Origin: Coniocarpon cinnabarinum
Taxonomy: Eukaryota
Assembly: GCA_051942205.1 (NCBI GenBank)
Contig: JAVECO010000016.1
Location: forward strand, 62,001-126,000
DNA length: 64,000 nt
Reading direction: 5' to 3'
The notes beneath the pieces were generated by a model, which saw only the letters and a list, made by a program, of their open reading frames with translations, made no database searches and was not told the origin of the DNA. Numbering within the stretch: position 1 is the first letter of the stretch; the number at the start of each line of letters is the position of its first letter. The translations under genes were made by a program, and so were the position numbers. Below, in pieces: positions 25,246 to 38,482 of this stretch.

Positions 25246-26000
25246 AGGCCAGCAGTAACTAGTATGAAAACGACAGTATCTGCCCAATTCCTCACAATGT
25301 GAGCCACCAAATTGAATGTAGACGACAGCCGAAGGAATCAACATCCTGAAAAGCGTCCATAGCTAAAGTGCTGGCAATTCAAGCAGTCGGGATGGCTTCG
25401 AGAAGTACACTCGAGTCCCAGTCACAGTCTGGGATCCTTTATACGGATTCAATGGAGACGATGTTAGGATTCCTAAAAAGTTTTTATACGCCATGCCAAA
25501 CTGCGCATACAGTGTCCCTATTAGAATGTAGTACAGCCGAATGAGGATATTAAATCCGTTCCCAAACTTTTTAGCTCCCCCTTACCTTATTGGCTACAAA
25601 TCATAGACTGTTCCATGGATTTTGCGCCTTGCGCGACCATCGCATCGCCAACTTACTCTGTTGGCTTGCTACAGTCCTTTGCAAAACCGGCGTTGCCGTG
25701 TTTAACTCTCTTCGAGGCCTTTTCCGCACGGCCCACCCACGAATCTGTACTAGTAGAAAACTTAGTATCTGATCAACGAACATATCTTCCACCGTCTCGA
25801 TAAATATCTGAAACCATAAATGCTGCAAGAGCGCATGCTGCGAAAACAAGGCTCACCTGGCACCAATACAATGCGAGCCGCAAAGAACTTAGCGCGCTGC
25901 TTCTACGAAATTCCGTCCGATTCGATGGGTTAGGCGCGATTGCTAAGATCGCCAGGCGCCACCCTGGGTAACGGATGAGCATTCGCGAAAGTTTCTGACT

Positions 26001-28451
26001 CTAAATCAAACACAATCTAGCCGCTCTATAAAACGAACCATGCTCAAACGGCTGTCTCTTCGACCAAATTTTCATGGTCTCGTCAGAGTCGTCTAAAACA
26101 GCTACTGCTGCTACGACTTTACAAACAAATGCTGCACGTTTGTGGCCAGGACTTTCCGCTGAAGACGAGCGGCATAGTAGACCAAAGAGCCTTCGTTTTC
26201 CATCTAGCCTCCTAGACTTTATAGAACTCAATACTAGAAGGTCATGCGTCGTATCAGAGCTATAGATGTGCGTCCCTGAATAGCCTACAAGCTGTTTGTC
26301 GCAAAAGGAAAAATGCGCAGTCACATCTCCAGTAGTTAAAACCACGCGATTTTTGTGAGCGATATGATGCGTTTGCTCGAGTGAAATAGTGTCGAATATA
26401 CCCCAAAGCCCATCACCTGTCATTTCGCAGACTTTTTCTGTGAAAGCCAATGGCTCATCATGACGATGCCCCAATAAAAGAGATGATGGCGCCCAGCCAT
26501 GTCAAGGGATTGATAGACGTGGCAAGTTGAGGAAAACCCAATATTCGGGAATCGTTTGGAGACAGTCGTAGAATCTGGCCCACCTCTCTTCTCCCTTGAC
26601 ATCCAGCAAACTTGGCAAAGACAGTCCGAAAACATTAGCAAGAACAATTACTTCATCCTCGTCCCTTGTGGCCCTTAGAAATCGGATCCTTTGAAGTAAT
26701 ATAAATGAATTTATATTTATGTCTGAGTCTGATGTTTTAGCGGTGGCCACGCGAACAACATGGTGATTGGCCGACATGCGCAGATGCGACCTGAGCTCCT
26801 CTGCCACATTGCTCATGTACTCGGGTACGCTGGTTTGGTAATTGAGATAGTTATAATTCTCATCACGTAGAGTCACGCATGATGATTTGAAAGCAACGAT
26901 CAATTCCCGACTTAGAGACTCTTCCAGGAAAGTCCACAAGCGGGTGCGCCAAGTCGAAATTAGCACAGCTGCAAAGAGACCCTCGGCCGAATATTGCTTA
27001 TGTTCGACTTGTCGGAGAAATAGGTCTAATACCAGCACAGAACCAACATTAGAAAAGATTCCGTTTATTTGCTGTATAGCAATCGATCGTAGGCGAGTAT
27101 TAGTAGGTATGCAGAGCGAGTCGATCCAAAGTGGAACTGTGACCGTCCGTGAGAGATTCTGATGAATGGAAAACAAGTACTGAGAAATACTTCGCAGCTG
27201 ACACGTGAAAAGTCCATCATTACTTGTGCTGCCAAGGCCGTGGCGCCAGACATGAGAAATAGCGGTAAAATGCCCTACTGTATTGGGTGACTGTTGCGTT
27301 ACAAGTAGCGTCGGCGGCTCACTGTAGATTTGATTCTCCCATTTATCCGGCCACTGTATTTGAATAAATGGTATCAAGCCGTCAACTAGTGTAGCTTCTA
27401 TTTCCTGCTGGCTCGGCCTGACCAGCTTACAGTCTTGACTTCCTTGAAACGTACAGGTAAATGTGTGCAAAGGAATGTGATCTGCTGGCTCGTTCCAAAC
27501 GCAATGTCTAGCGCGACAAGCATCATGTCGTTCATAATTGGTGAGCTCAAGCTTCCTAGCCCACCATGATAACCATTCCAGAGTCGATAGCGATAAATCT
27601 TTGTGACGGTCCACAAATTCTGGGCAGAGCCCAGCCTCTCTGCAACGTCGGCGTGTCGCCATATCCAGAGGTGCTCGTAGCTTGGGTCGAGTAAATAAAT
27701 GGCTATGCATGGCCCCGCCAAGTTGCATCTTTTCATGCACATGGCATACGACATCAGCGATTAAGATCCCACAGACGAATGTCTGCGACTTTTGAATCTT
27801 ATCAAGCAGCTCTGTCGCTTCAGAATTTGCCCATCCACGAGAAACTTCAGGAAACCTTTTAAGTTCAAATAGTTGAACTATATTATCGACTATACTCTTG
27901 AAAGACGTCGCTATTCTTGATATCTTTTGTGAGAGGTTTGCCTTTGCCTCAACAGTATTCCGCCTAGCAGCGTTCAGGTGATCGTAAAGCATGTGCGTTA
28001 GGTAGCGGGTATCGATTACCACTAGCCCACTCTTGTCGATCCGAGTGAGACATTGCACCATGACATGCTGCTCAAAAACATCTTCCAAGAACCCAAGGGT
28101 CAGCCAACTCTGAAGAAATGCGAGAAATCGGTCTCCCATTTCGCTTTGGGACAAATCTTGACCATTCCAACTGGAATTTAGTCCGACAAGCGCGCTACTT
28201 TTCTTCAAGTTAGTAAGTTGGCAATCAATGTCCCAACCCCGGTTTTGTGGGTAATCATTGAACAAACACCACGAATCACCCATAGATCCTGAATCATGAT
28301 CAAAGCCAAGCCATTGGAATTGTGGCCATGACTACTCCAGTGATGGTTCGTATTTGCGCAGAGATTCCAAAAATCTTGACGTGGAAGTTGATGTCGGCTC
28401 CACGTTTTCATCTGAATCTTTTGTAATAGGATGATAGAAAAGGTGCTCCAT
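26001..28451 (-). pseudogene. HET-domain (TIR-like heterokaryon incompatibility) protein, 817 codons in one frame with two internal stops
   Basis: HET motifs FTAISHVWRHGLG, LWIDSLCIP, VLVLD, STWRTRLWTFLEE. Start MEHL at 28451; in-frame TAG at 28332-28334; in-frame TGA at 26502-26504 within PRLSIP*HGWAPSSLL. Confidence 0.85.
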
Positions 28452-28939
28452 CTCGTCAACGGCACTGTAAGGTTACACTGTACATGTAGATAGAAAGGAG
28501 AGTATATAGCACAATAAGAGCAAAACCGGTCGTGAAGGCGATATCGTCGTGATATGGGTTTCCCGGCTCTGCGAGGCAGCTGTTTTGACAACCCAGACCG
28601 TTAAGCGACTGCGGCCGAGAAGGCTGCGGAGTGCTTCTTAACTACTGTAGACATTGTAGCATCTTGTTTTATCCTGATGATCACAAGGTGCTCGCGTGGT
28701 TTTTTGGAGATGATTTCAGACTCTTTATTGATGGCGCTGTCTGCACTCTGTGTATAAGAGAATTATGCAAGGATGTTGAACGGGGTAGGTTGCTATTGTA
28801 CGATCAATCATCATCGATATTAATCGAGACATAATACAATAAAATCGAATGGTGTGCAACTTGGGCTCTTACTAGAATAGATCCTTGATGGTCCGTGCGG
28901 ACAGAAGAGTAAACACAGTATAGAATTGGAACGCCGGTT

Positions 28940-29767
28940 TTGCAAGAGACTTACAACAATCAACAATTCACTAAGACTGGGCTGTGTCGCTTACCTCGCC
29001 ACCTTAATGCCGTCACAGTCGTCACAACGACGGTACGATTCACTGCAAAAGCGAATATTTTTCATCTGACTGAGTATCGCAGAGGTCCCACGTATCCTTT
29101 CGATGTCGACTTCGGTTTTGAAGAGGACAACCCCATCGACTATCTTATTCTGGGCTGTTGGGCAAGCATGATACCTAATGCTGCTGCTATTGGCACTATT
29201 ACCCATCCTATCACCCAACAAGACCACGTCGTAGTAATAGAAGAGCACCGCTCTGAGAGCAGTGCATACGGCCACTGCTGCTATAGCCAAGGCCCAAGCC
29301 GCAACTATGAGATTGGTGATATTGAGCGTCACAGAGTCCACATCACGGACGTGAATCGAACAGGGCAACCAGTCGGGCAATGGGCTGTCTCACCGAGTGC
29401 CGCCGTGGTCGTACGCGGGATTCGTGACAATTCGAAGATTGTAGCCTCATTCTCTATCAAGGACAAGGTGACCCTATTTCGCTCCTGGTACCATTTTCAG
29501 CCTCAAGGATTCAACAAAAGCTCAAACCTACGCGATGCTCCCTTCCTCTTCGTGACAGTGAGTGTATCTCGGTTCTTACGCGCGGAGAAGGAGGGCAACA
29601 TACCACTGGGATGTATACAGCACAGCGAAGAGGGTCACTTGAGTGTTGGAAACGTTGCACGACGCTTGGAGCGTTGGGGAATGCCGGATAGAGCGTTGGG
29701 TGTGGACTTTCATGTTGTCGAGAAGTGGGGCACTGGAACTGTTAATGAGATAGCTGGCCTCAATTAG
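28940..29767 (+). CDS. Hypothetical protein (orphan, beta-rich); true start uncertain
   Basis: 275-codon open frame with protein-like composition; no family recognised. Confidence 0.5.
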   Translation: MQETYNNQQFTKTGLCRLPRHLNAVTVVTTTVRFTAKANIFHLTEYRRGPTYPFDVDFGFEEDNPIDYLILGCWASMIPNAAAIGTITHPITQQDHVVVIEEHRSESSAYGHCCYSQGPSRNYEIGDIERHRVHITDVNRTGQPVGQWAVSPSAAVVVRGIRDNSKIVASFSIKDKVTLFRSWYHFQPQGFNKSSNLRDAPFLFVTVSVSRFLRAEKEGNIPLGCIQHSEEGHLSVGNVARRLERWGMPDRALGVDFHVVEKWGTGTVNEIAGLN

Positions 29768-29951
29768 AAGGCTCACTAAATCTGCTACCCGGCGCAGGAA
29801 TTCACAGAACAATATCGATCTCGCGCGAAGATCACGTGCGTATGACGAAGTGCTTGGCGAGGCTAGGGCAAACGCTAGCTATGACAGAGCATACACTTCG
29901 CTGTCTGAACTTCTCACTGCACTAAGTCTTCGAGGATGAAGAAAAGGCCTC

Positions 29952-30895
29952 ATGCAGACAAAGTGTAATTTTCAGAGGTCGGTTACCAAGGGCTCGTACA
30001 TCGCGCTCGTAGCATACACAAGCTAACAAGTCATAGCGTTTTGCTCTCGCCTCCTTTCACTTTCTTAATAGGAGGATCACAAAAGCCGATCGTGATCCCT
30101 TCTTTGCTATTTAATGGCGTGTCTGCGCCGTTAGAATCTTTGATAAATAATAGACAAATGACCGAGTCAAGAGATCGAACGGCTGTTCTCGACTACGTAA
30201 CGACAGAAGTCTTCTCTGCTTGTTGCGAATTCGCCTATACTGGCGAATATAGCGCACCCTTCATCGCAGGAGACATGGACAATGAGAAGAACTACCAGAC
30301 TCAGCCTTTGGATCAAGCGACTCAAACAGGCCAACAAGCCTTAGAAACAAGAGGCCCCCTCGATGATGAATACAATACGTCTTTTGAGCATAGCGTATGG
30401 GATTTTGGAAAAGGCAGAAAGCAAACGTTGCCGCCGAAATGCTCTCTCTTTGACTACCCCCAAGCTCCCAGCCAGCTAGACCTCCTTTGGCAAAATTTCC
30501 AGAAACTCACATTTTACACCTGCAAGCAAGAAGCGCTAGATGGGGACGTGTGTCAAGTTCACCTCTTGTTTCACGCCAAAGTCTATCAATTTGCCAAGGA
30601 AAAGCTTATGGAGGATACGCAAAACTGTGCTCTGCAGCACATCTACAATATACTCTTAAGCCTTGATTTTGGGACATTTCCAGACAGTCTGGATGCCTTT
30701 CTCCAATTCTTACGCTTTGTCTACCATGAGCCAGGTAGCCAGAGCTCGCACGGCGACGACAAGCTGAGGAGCCTTACTGTTCACTATACGGCCTGCAAGA
30801 TAAAGGTTTTGGCAGCGTACCAGGACTTTCTAGATCTCCTGTGCTGCAGTGGCGAAATAGGATCAGATCTAGTCCGCCAATTGTATGTCTCCTAG
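29952..30895 (+). CDS. BTB/POZ-domain protein
   Basis: Exon 1 MQTKCNFQ, intron 29978-30036 (GTCGGT...GCTAAC...TAG), then SVLLSPPFTFLIGG...VSAPLESLINNRQMTES...FSACCEFAYTGEY...LLFHAKVYQFAKE. Confidence 0.8.
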
Positions 30896-31229
30896 TGATT
30901 AATAATCTAGAGGTCAAGCAAGAGCTCCTACGTACCCAAATGCTGTCTTGCTTTCTCTTAAATACACGCCTTTAAAGAAGCAGCCTTCCCATCTTCAATC
31001 TTTCAAACCTTTTGACCTACACAAACTACCAACCACCCCAAGACTAGTGAGTCTAGTACTTTCGTATCCTCTGAAGTGTCTTCTGCTAACCCGTTTACGC
31101 AACGCAGTAATGAGGTCTATAGAATCAACGCTCGTTCGTATGTTTCTAATATTGATCATCTTCCGCATGGTCGTGGCTTCGCTCTGATGTCGGTGAACGG
31201 GCCGTGGAGATGTGCCGCCTATCTACACG

Positions 31230-32415
31230 CTAAGCCGTGCCACCCAGCTCTTCCGGTGAGCATTCGAAGTGATTTGTTAAAATTCCATTCCACGGACTCC
31301 CAAAAAGTACGTAGGCCTTTAGTATGTTGGGTACATCAGGTTTTGGCTGTTTCATGTAGACTCGTTGCTCTTTTATTGCCAAGGTTTCGGGTGTCTCAAA
31401 CATGACGTGTGTTGCTACAAGCTTTGACATTTCGAAATTCCTCAAAGTCAATGTTCTCATCATATGCAGAACACGTGGCCACGTCTCTTGAGGAGTTGGG
31501 TTCCGACTATACGCCTCGACCGAGTTAAAGACGAAATTTTCTAAGTTGGGCATGCAATGTAAGCCTTCAAGAAGCAACTCCCTCTTTATAGACGCGTTAC
31601 GAGTCGTGAAAGACTTAAGCTCGTTGAACGGGACAAAGCTTACTGATCCTTGGAAAGCGTAGCTCGAAATAGGTCTAGGACAAGAACCATGGACCTCGAG
31701 AGTCTCAAGACAGTTTTGTGCGTTTTGGAACCTTTCCCGGACATAGACAAGGCTCCAGACACTGATCAGGCCTGACAGCTGTAATTTGCGAGGCGACATG
31801 GCAACGCCCACTGGTGGCACACTAGAATCGTCCGGAGGTTTGTTATGGAGGTCCCAACTAAGCTTGAGTTCCTGGACTGGAACTGGCGATGCTGCTAATG
31901 AGTTCCAGAAGTTGTAAAAGAACAGTTGTGAACACGGGCATACACTGCAGCTTGGCATCTCAGGATACGTCATTGAGACACAGCTGTCTCAGAGCGATAT
32001 TTTGATTATTCAAAGCCATGAAATGAACCTTGGATAAATCTGGGAGCGCCTTCAGAAGTTTCTGAATGTGTGCCTTAGTCTCTTCATCGCGCATGATAGC
32101 GCAACTTTCACCAATGCTGTTGTCTGTTCGCGTCCAGTCGATATCTGTTCTTTTCCTGTCAAGGAAACGACCGTTCCCAAACCACAATGACGTCTTGTGT
32201 AATCGATCGAAACTCGTGATCAATGAGTCGATCAAATCTTCGAATGGATTTTCGGGTAGGGAACCAATTCATAGATCTGTAAAGAGCACGCGACAATGTT
32301 GAGGACTGCGCTAGGGTGCAACATGTAAGGCGAAGCGAGGCGCAATCGCTTTTCTTCGGGCTTGAGGCATCTGGGAAATCACAGCTGGAAGATTCAAAAA
32401 GTCAGAAATCCATCG
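31230..32415 (-). pseudogene. F-box-like protein, frameshifted
   Basis: N-terminal FLNLPAVI and KSDCASLRLTCCTL...LYRS F-box-type motifs lie in different frames; LRR-like segments follow in ORFs 31960-32235 and 31230-31973. Confidence 0.55.
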
Positions 32416-33114
32416 AGTGAATAGTAAGAAGTGCCTTACGATAGACATTCTGGCATATTGCTAGGCGCGGACAATTGTAAGACGACATTAGCAACAACCA
32501 GCTCAGGAAGATCAACAAACTGCATCTTGTGTGATGTAAGTACTGTACCGTACCTCTTTGAACGAGCTGTGCAAACACTGCAAGGAATAAAAAAGAAAGG
32601 GGTAGAGAGTCGAGGGCAAGACAAGGTAATAGTAAAGTACCCTACAGTTGGCGTAAGCTATGACAGAGAAAGACCTAGCTGCGAATCCGTGCACGTTAAA
32701 GTATCGGTTGCCTTGCGATGAGCAAGAACCTCCCTGCCCAGCCAAAACCTCCTACTATTATATTCATGCCCAAGCTTAGATTTGCGCCGTGGCGCAGTAC
32801 AAGCTATCCGCTTTTGTGCTGGTCTTGCATCGTTTATGCGGTAGAATACTAGGTCGATCGCTTTTTATGAGGCACATTTGTAAGAAGACCAACTCGGAAT
32901 GCTTCGAAACGGCGACGTCTCGAGTTTGGCAATCAATGAACAATTTCTGCTATTCCCGCTCAAGGCGTAGAATAGCAAGTCGTTGAACCTCATATTACAA
33001 AGCCGTATAAGTCCAACAACAAAGCTAACAGGAGGGTCCCACATCGTCTCTAAAGGAAGACGTGTTATTCTCCAATTAAGATATCGAACATGAATGTCCA
33101 TCTTGTCACCTTCT

Positions 33115-35230
33115 TCACGTCGACACGACCCCTAGCATTCGTTCTCCATCTGCCATTGACTTAGAGCTAGAATTAGATGCAATACTAGCCCATGAGGAGA
33201 CTGTAAACTTGTCCAGGCTTCTGTTGTAGTCCAACCAGCTGATGTTTGTCGTAAGAGCATTGTTTGTTAATGGGTTTGCGTTTTTTTTGTTGAGTGCTAT
33301 CTGCGCTGTGAACCATTTGATTCGATATATCCTGATCTTAGTATATGAATACTGCTCAGCAAATCTCGCGTCAATGTCGAGGGAAAGATTGGTGAACAAG
33401 AATTTTGAAAAGAGGTCATTGCTCCATAACTGCCCACGTAATATGTAGTCCTCGGGAAGCGGACCCTCTCCAAGGGGCGTCAGTTCATTGGAGGCTAGCA
33501 TGTCAGAGTAGTTGCTGTCATCTAAGCTGACACGGAGCGAGTTAACAAAGGTGGCGATTAAATCCCACTCGACAAGCCTACTAATGTATGCCGCACCCTG
33601 AGCTGTCCGTGACAAAGACCAGAAGAAGACCAGCATAACAGACACAAAAGGTAAGATGTTTGGATCGTCAACACGCCTTAGCGCAATATTAGTACATTCG
33701 AGCGTAAGAGTCCATTCAATGGAGAGGCCTGTAGTTGTTCTATCTTCATCTATAACATGATTAGTATCAGATATGTTGCGTTCTGAACCTACAAAGACAT
33801 GCTAACAAATGGAGGACTGACCTTGAGGTGGCAAGGAAGATAATCGCTGACCGCTTGATTCCTCTGTTCGAGCGAGTACGCTGCGTAAGCTCGAATCTGC
33901 ACCACTATACTGGAGGAGTGATGCAATATTGCAGCTTGCTATAAAAGTACCACTTTCACGATCTCGAGAGTCTATTTGGGCAAAATACGAGTCTAGACCA
34001 CTAAGGAAAATTTCTACAGCTCTGTTTAAGAGGTCTGGAGCGACCTTTACACCGAACAGACAGGCGTGGACGATGACAAACCAGAGGTGGTTTGATATTG
34101 GTCGGTCCTTGCCTGCTTAGCTAAGTTGCGCGAATGCGGGTTTGAAGAGTGTAAGGATAGATTCTCAAGATAATATAAATAGTTGATTTATGGTTATTGA
34201 ACGATAGTAGAGAGATAGTTGAGCGATTAGATTGTTTCTTGCGAGTATAGCTAAATAGTCTGCGAAGAGAGCTTAGTAACGTTGCCTATCTTTCTAGTAG
34301 CTATAGAATCTACGGAGCAGACGGCTAGTATCTTAATTCTTGTCTGCTGCCCGCATATACTAGAATCTCGCTATGTTCGTCTAGACTTCTTAATCTCTTA
34401 CGTCCTTGTCCTTAATAGCTATCCTATAGCAAGCAATATTACCTAGGCATTCAATCTATATATCCTTAAACGTTAGGACAGTCTTAAATAAGAGGGCTAT
34501 TACTTAATAGGCTAGGTAGATAAAAGCTAGCATATATTCGAGTAATTAAGGTAACTAATACCTTAATAGTTTAAGAAAGTTGTAAATACTATATTTCTAT
34601 ATTCTTGCTAGTATTAAATACTTAACTGCTAGCTCTTTAGTGCCCCTTCCGGCTAAGGGGTGTTAAGAAGCAAGGAAGAAGTCGTGGTGTTCGTGTAAGA
34701 GCGTTCGATGCAGTGTGATAAGCGTAGGAAATTGCTCTACTTGCGAACTTTAAACTGTCGTCTGATTATGCTCGTTAACGACTTCTACGCATTTGCCCTC
34801 AACTATTACTAACCTAGCATAAATGCCCTTAACTTCTGTAATTAATTGCTGCTAACTTATAGGTCTTAAATTAGCTTGTTTAATAATGCTAGTGTTAACT
34901 AGTAGTTCGTTATCCTCGTTCTTAACATCGTTAAATCCATCGTCGCTAGAGCCAGATAAGGGTCCTATCCGCTTTTGAAGGCTTTGGAAGACTGCGATCT
35001 GGTTGTTGACGGTTACGTGAGCTCCCCTTCCTCGATTCATTGGCCATCCCAGTCTCCTGAAAGAGTTGATTGTGTCACGCCTTTTGTGCCTGCGGTTAGC
35101 GGAAACCTCAATATGCTGACCATCGACAACCTCTTTACCAGGACTCTTGACAGCAATGCTAGATGATGGTTCATCACAAGTGCTAGGTAGATTGAGGTCT
35201 TGACTGTTGGTGCACGACTGCGTATGTAGG
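33115..35230 (-). pseudogene. EST1/SMG6-like (EST1 DNA/RNA-binding domain) protein, RIP-inactivated
   Basis: LRPIS*QQLITEVKGIYARLVIVEGKCVEV, LITLHRTLLHEHHDFFLAS*HP and C-terminal GPLPEDYILRGQLW are diagnostic of this Pezizomycotina family; many RIP stops at about 34130-34930; 5' limit approximate. Confidence 0.85.
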
Positions 35231-35735
35231 TGTGACGGATAAGGCGATTAAATCACGTCTTTGAACGGGACGTCGGATGGATTTGAAGGACTTATGATGA
35301 ATCTGCACAAGATTCTGCTTCTCGTAAAACGCTGCGAAGGAAAATTTTGCGCTTATATACGACGATACGGACGACTCAAGCGTCGACCCTTCCTAAAGCG
35401 TGAGACAGAGAAGGTATATCTGCGTGTAAAATCCATAATGGCTTTCAGGGGGACATATGGGCCGCTGACGAGGGTGTTGTACCGAGGCCTTCATGTTCAG
35501 GCCGCATCTAATAATAGAGTACTCTGACTAGGGAGTCTTCTTAAGCGAATTTCAACGTCCTGCAAGCTGTGCCCCGTGAAAGATACCCGCTCGCGTTCTA
35601 AGCTGCATTGCGGACGGTGTGGATAGCTGCATGAGGCAGAACTGAGACCTGGTTGGCCCAGGGAAGGAAGATAACCGTACAACAGACATTAGCGTCATTA
35701 TCACCTACGAGCGGGGAAACGGGCAACACAAAGCC

Positions 35736-36431
35736 TTAGACTGACTGTAGTGGAAATGACAAGTGCCTGCCAGTTTGAACAAGACCAAATCGATCAGCGA
35801 TCAGAGTCCCGGCCTTGTAAGCCCCATGCACTTCCGCAAAGTTGCAGACCCCGCTAGTACGCAGGTGATCGACAGCTTCCGCATAGCGAGGATCATTGGG
35901 ACTCAGAAAAGATTCCCAGATACTACGCGACACACTAGCGGGCAGGATGAAGAGGACCCCAAAGCCACCCAGATTGCTGGCTAGCCGATGCAGGAGAGCG
36001 CCCGACCTTGCCCAATAGCGTACGTTGGGCTGCACCTTTGTTGGATCCTCGTTAACGCTGTCTGCGATTGTGCTCGCAAATGCAGCGGGCTTAATGCCTA
36101 GATTGTTACGTTCAAACTGCTCTTTCAGAGAATAAAATATGCACAACTGACAGCGCCGCGTCAGAGTAGTCAAATACGATGAAGATTCTTGTCCGTGCTT
36201 GGAATTCTTTAAATTGATGTATGCAGTAGGAGCGACTGCTGAAACCCTCGTCACCACACAATCAAGGTTCCCTTGCGCGAGTGTGTGCAACATCTCCATG
36301 TCCGAGGCAGCAAGCCGAACAGTCAGATCAGCATCGAACAGCGGCTTTAGCCGATCTCGCGGTGTATGTGTGACTTCTGTCAAAAACTTCTTCAGATTGT
36401 CTGCGGCGTCAGGCCATGCATAGTTACGCAC
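35736..36431 (-). CDS. Main exon of an uncharacterised accessory-region protein (W..SG....LA..LGG.G.LF.LP motif); flanking exons look damaged
   Basis: 231-codon frame flanked by intron signals; putative upstream exons to about 36900 carry stops. Confidence 0.5.
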   Translation of the reverse strand: MRNYAWPDAADNLKKFLTEVTHTPRDRLKPLFDADLTVRLAASDMEMLHTLAQGNLDCVVTRVSAVAPTAYINLKNSKHGQESSSYLTTLTRRCQLCIFYSLKEQFERNNLGIKPAAFASTIADSVNEDPTKVQPNVRYWARSGALLHRLASNLGGFGVLFILPASVSRSIWESFLSPNDPRYAEAVDHLRTSGVCNFAEVHGAYKAGTLIADRFGLVQTGRHLSFPLQSV

Positions 36432-37233
36432 GAAGTCCTGGAACTGCGGGGAATCAGTGTATCAGCGATATTGAGCGTTGTCTTAACTACTTACATCGGG
36501 ATCTTCTGCAATCTCATTCGCTGTACCCTTTCGGAGCCTTTCTCTAATCTCAAGGCTGGCTGCAGCACCCATTCTAGAGTTATTAGTGCAATTCTTGATG
36601 CAGTACTGGTTGTAGCCTCTAAAGTGTGTGATTGAAACCAGTAACGATCAGACCCACTCTCCCACATTTAGCTCCGCGCTAGTAGATGTGCGCCCTTAGA
36701 CTTACATCCTGAATTTTAGTCGGCTTTTCGCTTCTGCTGCTATTCGCTTAGTAGTTGCTGTTAAATAGGCATAAACCAATTATTCCACTCTCTATATCTT
36801 CGCAAAAGCTAGTATAATTGCTACTATTGGTTAGCAGCCGCTTTTTGCCGTAGCTCTAATACAATGTCGGCGAAATCGTAAGAAACTACTTTGTCATAGA
36901 CTAAGAGTTGTATAGTAAAAGTACCTGTATGCAAGCGGCGTGCCGATCAGTGGCTTCAACTCCTCCTCCTGTAGTGTCGTTTACATTTTACAGGGAATAG
37001 ATCGAAGCTCACGTATCTGCATGTCTAGTGGATATATAGCTGAACTCGACCTGCTGAGCAACATGAAAAGTCACATGTCTCCCACTTGATCTGTCTTATT
37101 TTTGTTGACAGTCCAGATCCCTCAGGTCTTCTTCCAAAGTTCGTCTCGGTTCTTGGCTATAGAAAACGCTCGCCCGTCGCCTACCACACGTGACTAGCAC
37201 AATGCATTTGTCCGCTATCTAACTTTAAGAAAG

Positions 37234-37740
37234 TTGATGTCGAAGCTCTTTCCGCGTCTAAGATACAATTTTAACTTACTAGCAAAGGTCGCCATAATTA
37301 TCGCTATTGTCACGACATCTGTTAAATTTGTACGGTCACTAATAATAAACCGATGTCTAAGCCTCTTTACTACTGTAGTTGCTATCCCTAACAATAACGA
37401 CCTTTTTGTAGCTACTACACGCTGGCTTGATCGGGAAGGGGCACTTTAGCACGCCTAGGAGGTCCAAGTGCTCAGTCCAGATAAAAACGTCTTAGACTTT
37501 AAAGAGGCTTCGACCGGCCATACCTGTGATAATCTCGGAGTCTTGTTTAGCTTCAAACATGTTCAAGCGGCGTCAAATCTACGCATAGAGCTCTCTAAGG
37601 GACGAACCTGGCTCTATGCTGTTGGCACTTACTTTTTGCCTCCATGACACCCTAAAACAGGTTCATGCTTGGAAGAAATAGAAGGAAAGGAAAGGCTCAA
37701 GCTTATACATTTTTAGTAGCACCTTTAACAAGTAGGGAAG
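37234..37740 (+). pseudogene. Possible BCS1_N-like (mitochondrial chaperone N-domain) relic
   Basis: A TM segment followed by LFTTVVAIPNNNDLFVATTRWL resembles the BCS1 N-domain start; several stops downstream; no AAA domain. Confidence 0.35.
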
Positions 37741-38482
37741 TTACGCTGCCTATAGAGAGATTTCTAACATTTTTCTGACCACGTTAAAGATGCTACATAC
37801 ATTGTAAGAAAGTGCAGGAATATTTAGCCAACGGAGATGGGTTATTCGGATCAATAGCCCCTGCATGTGAGAGGACTAGAGTACAGGGATTTACTTTAAA
37901 TACCGATCACATCGACCTCCTCAGAGACAAAAAGCAAACGGTACAATGCTAGGGCAACATTTACTCGTACTCTAAGTCAAGGGAAAGTCGTTAAATTAAC
38001 ATTAGTTGTTTGTGCAGGCGTCTCCACATGACATAGTACGGCGGATTCTAGCGCAAACTAGAGTTGGAACGAAACGCCTCAATAGATGGGAGACGCTAAC
38101 CGTTTCTGCTGTGCTTTGGTGGTATGCGTCAAATTTCGACCAAAAAGGAAAAGCGAGATTTAAGAAATTGGTCCCAAAATTTTTGTCAGAAAGTCCCTTC
38201 TTTCTCACACTTTGCCCTCTTCCTCGCAGTTCAGAACGGGTGCCGAGTACAGCAGTCTAGTCGCCAACTACCCGTTAATCAATACAGCACTTAAGAACGA
38301 TCTCGTAGGTTTCTTAGTGTGATATAAACCCGTGCATGCTGGCTAAGCTTCGTTAGCTGGTTACGAAGCTTATAGCTACAGTTAAATTATCAAAAAAGGC
38401 GAGACGAAATCTTTCCAAATTTCAACCAAGTGGGAGCCAGACACCAAAACAACAGCAAAAGAATAGCAACATTGATCTTCCT

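Noticed and set aside
29936..29968. Premature stop in BTB exon 1 (MKKRPHADKV*)
   Set aside because: The ATG at 29952 in another frame splices in phase to the BTB exon, so the gene need not be broken
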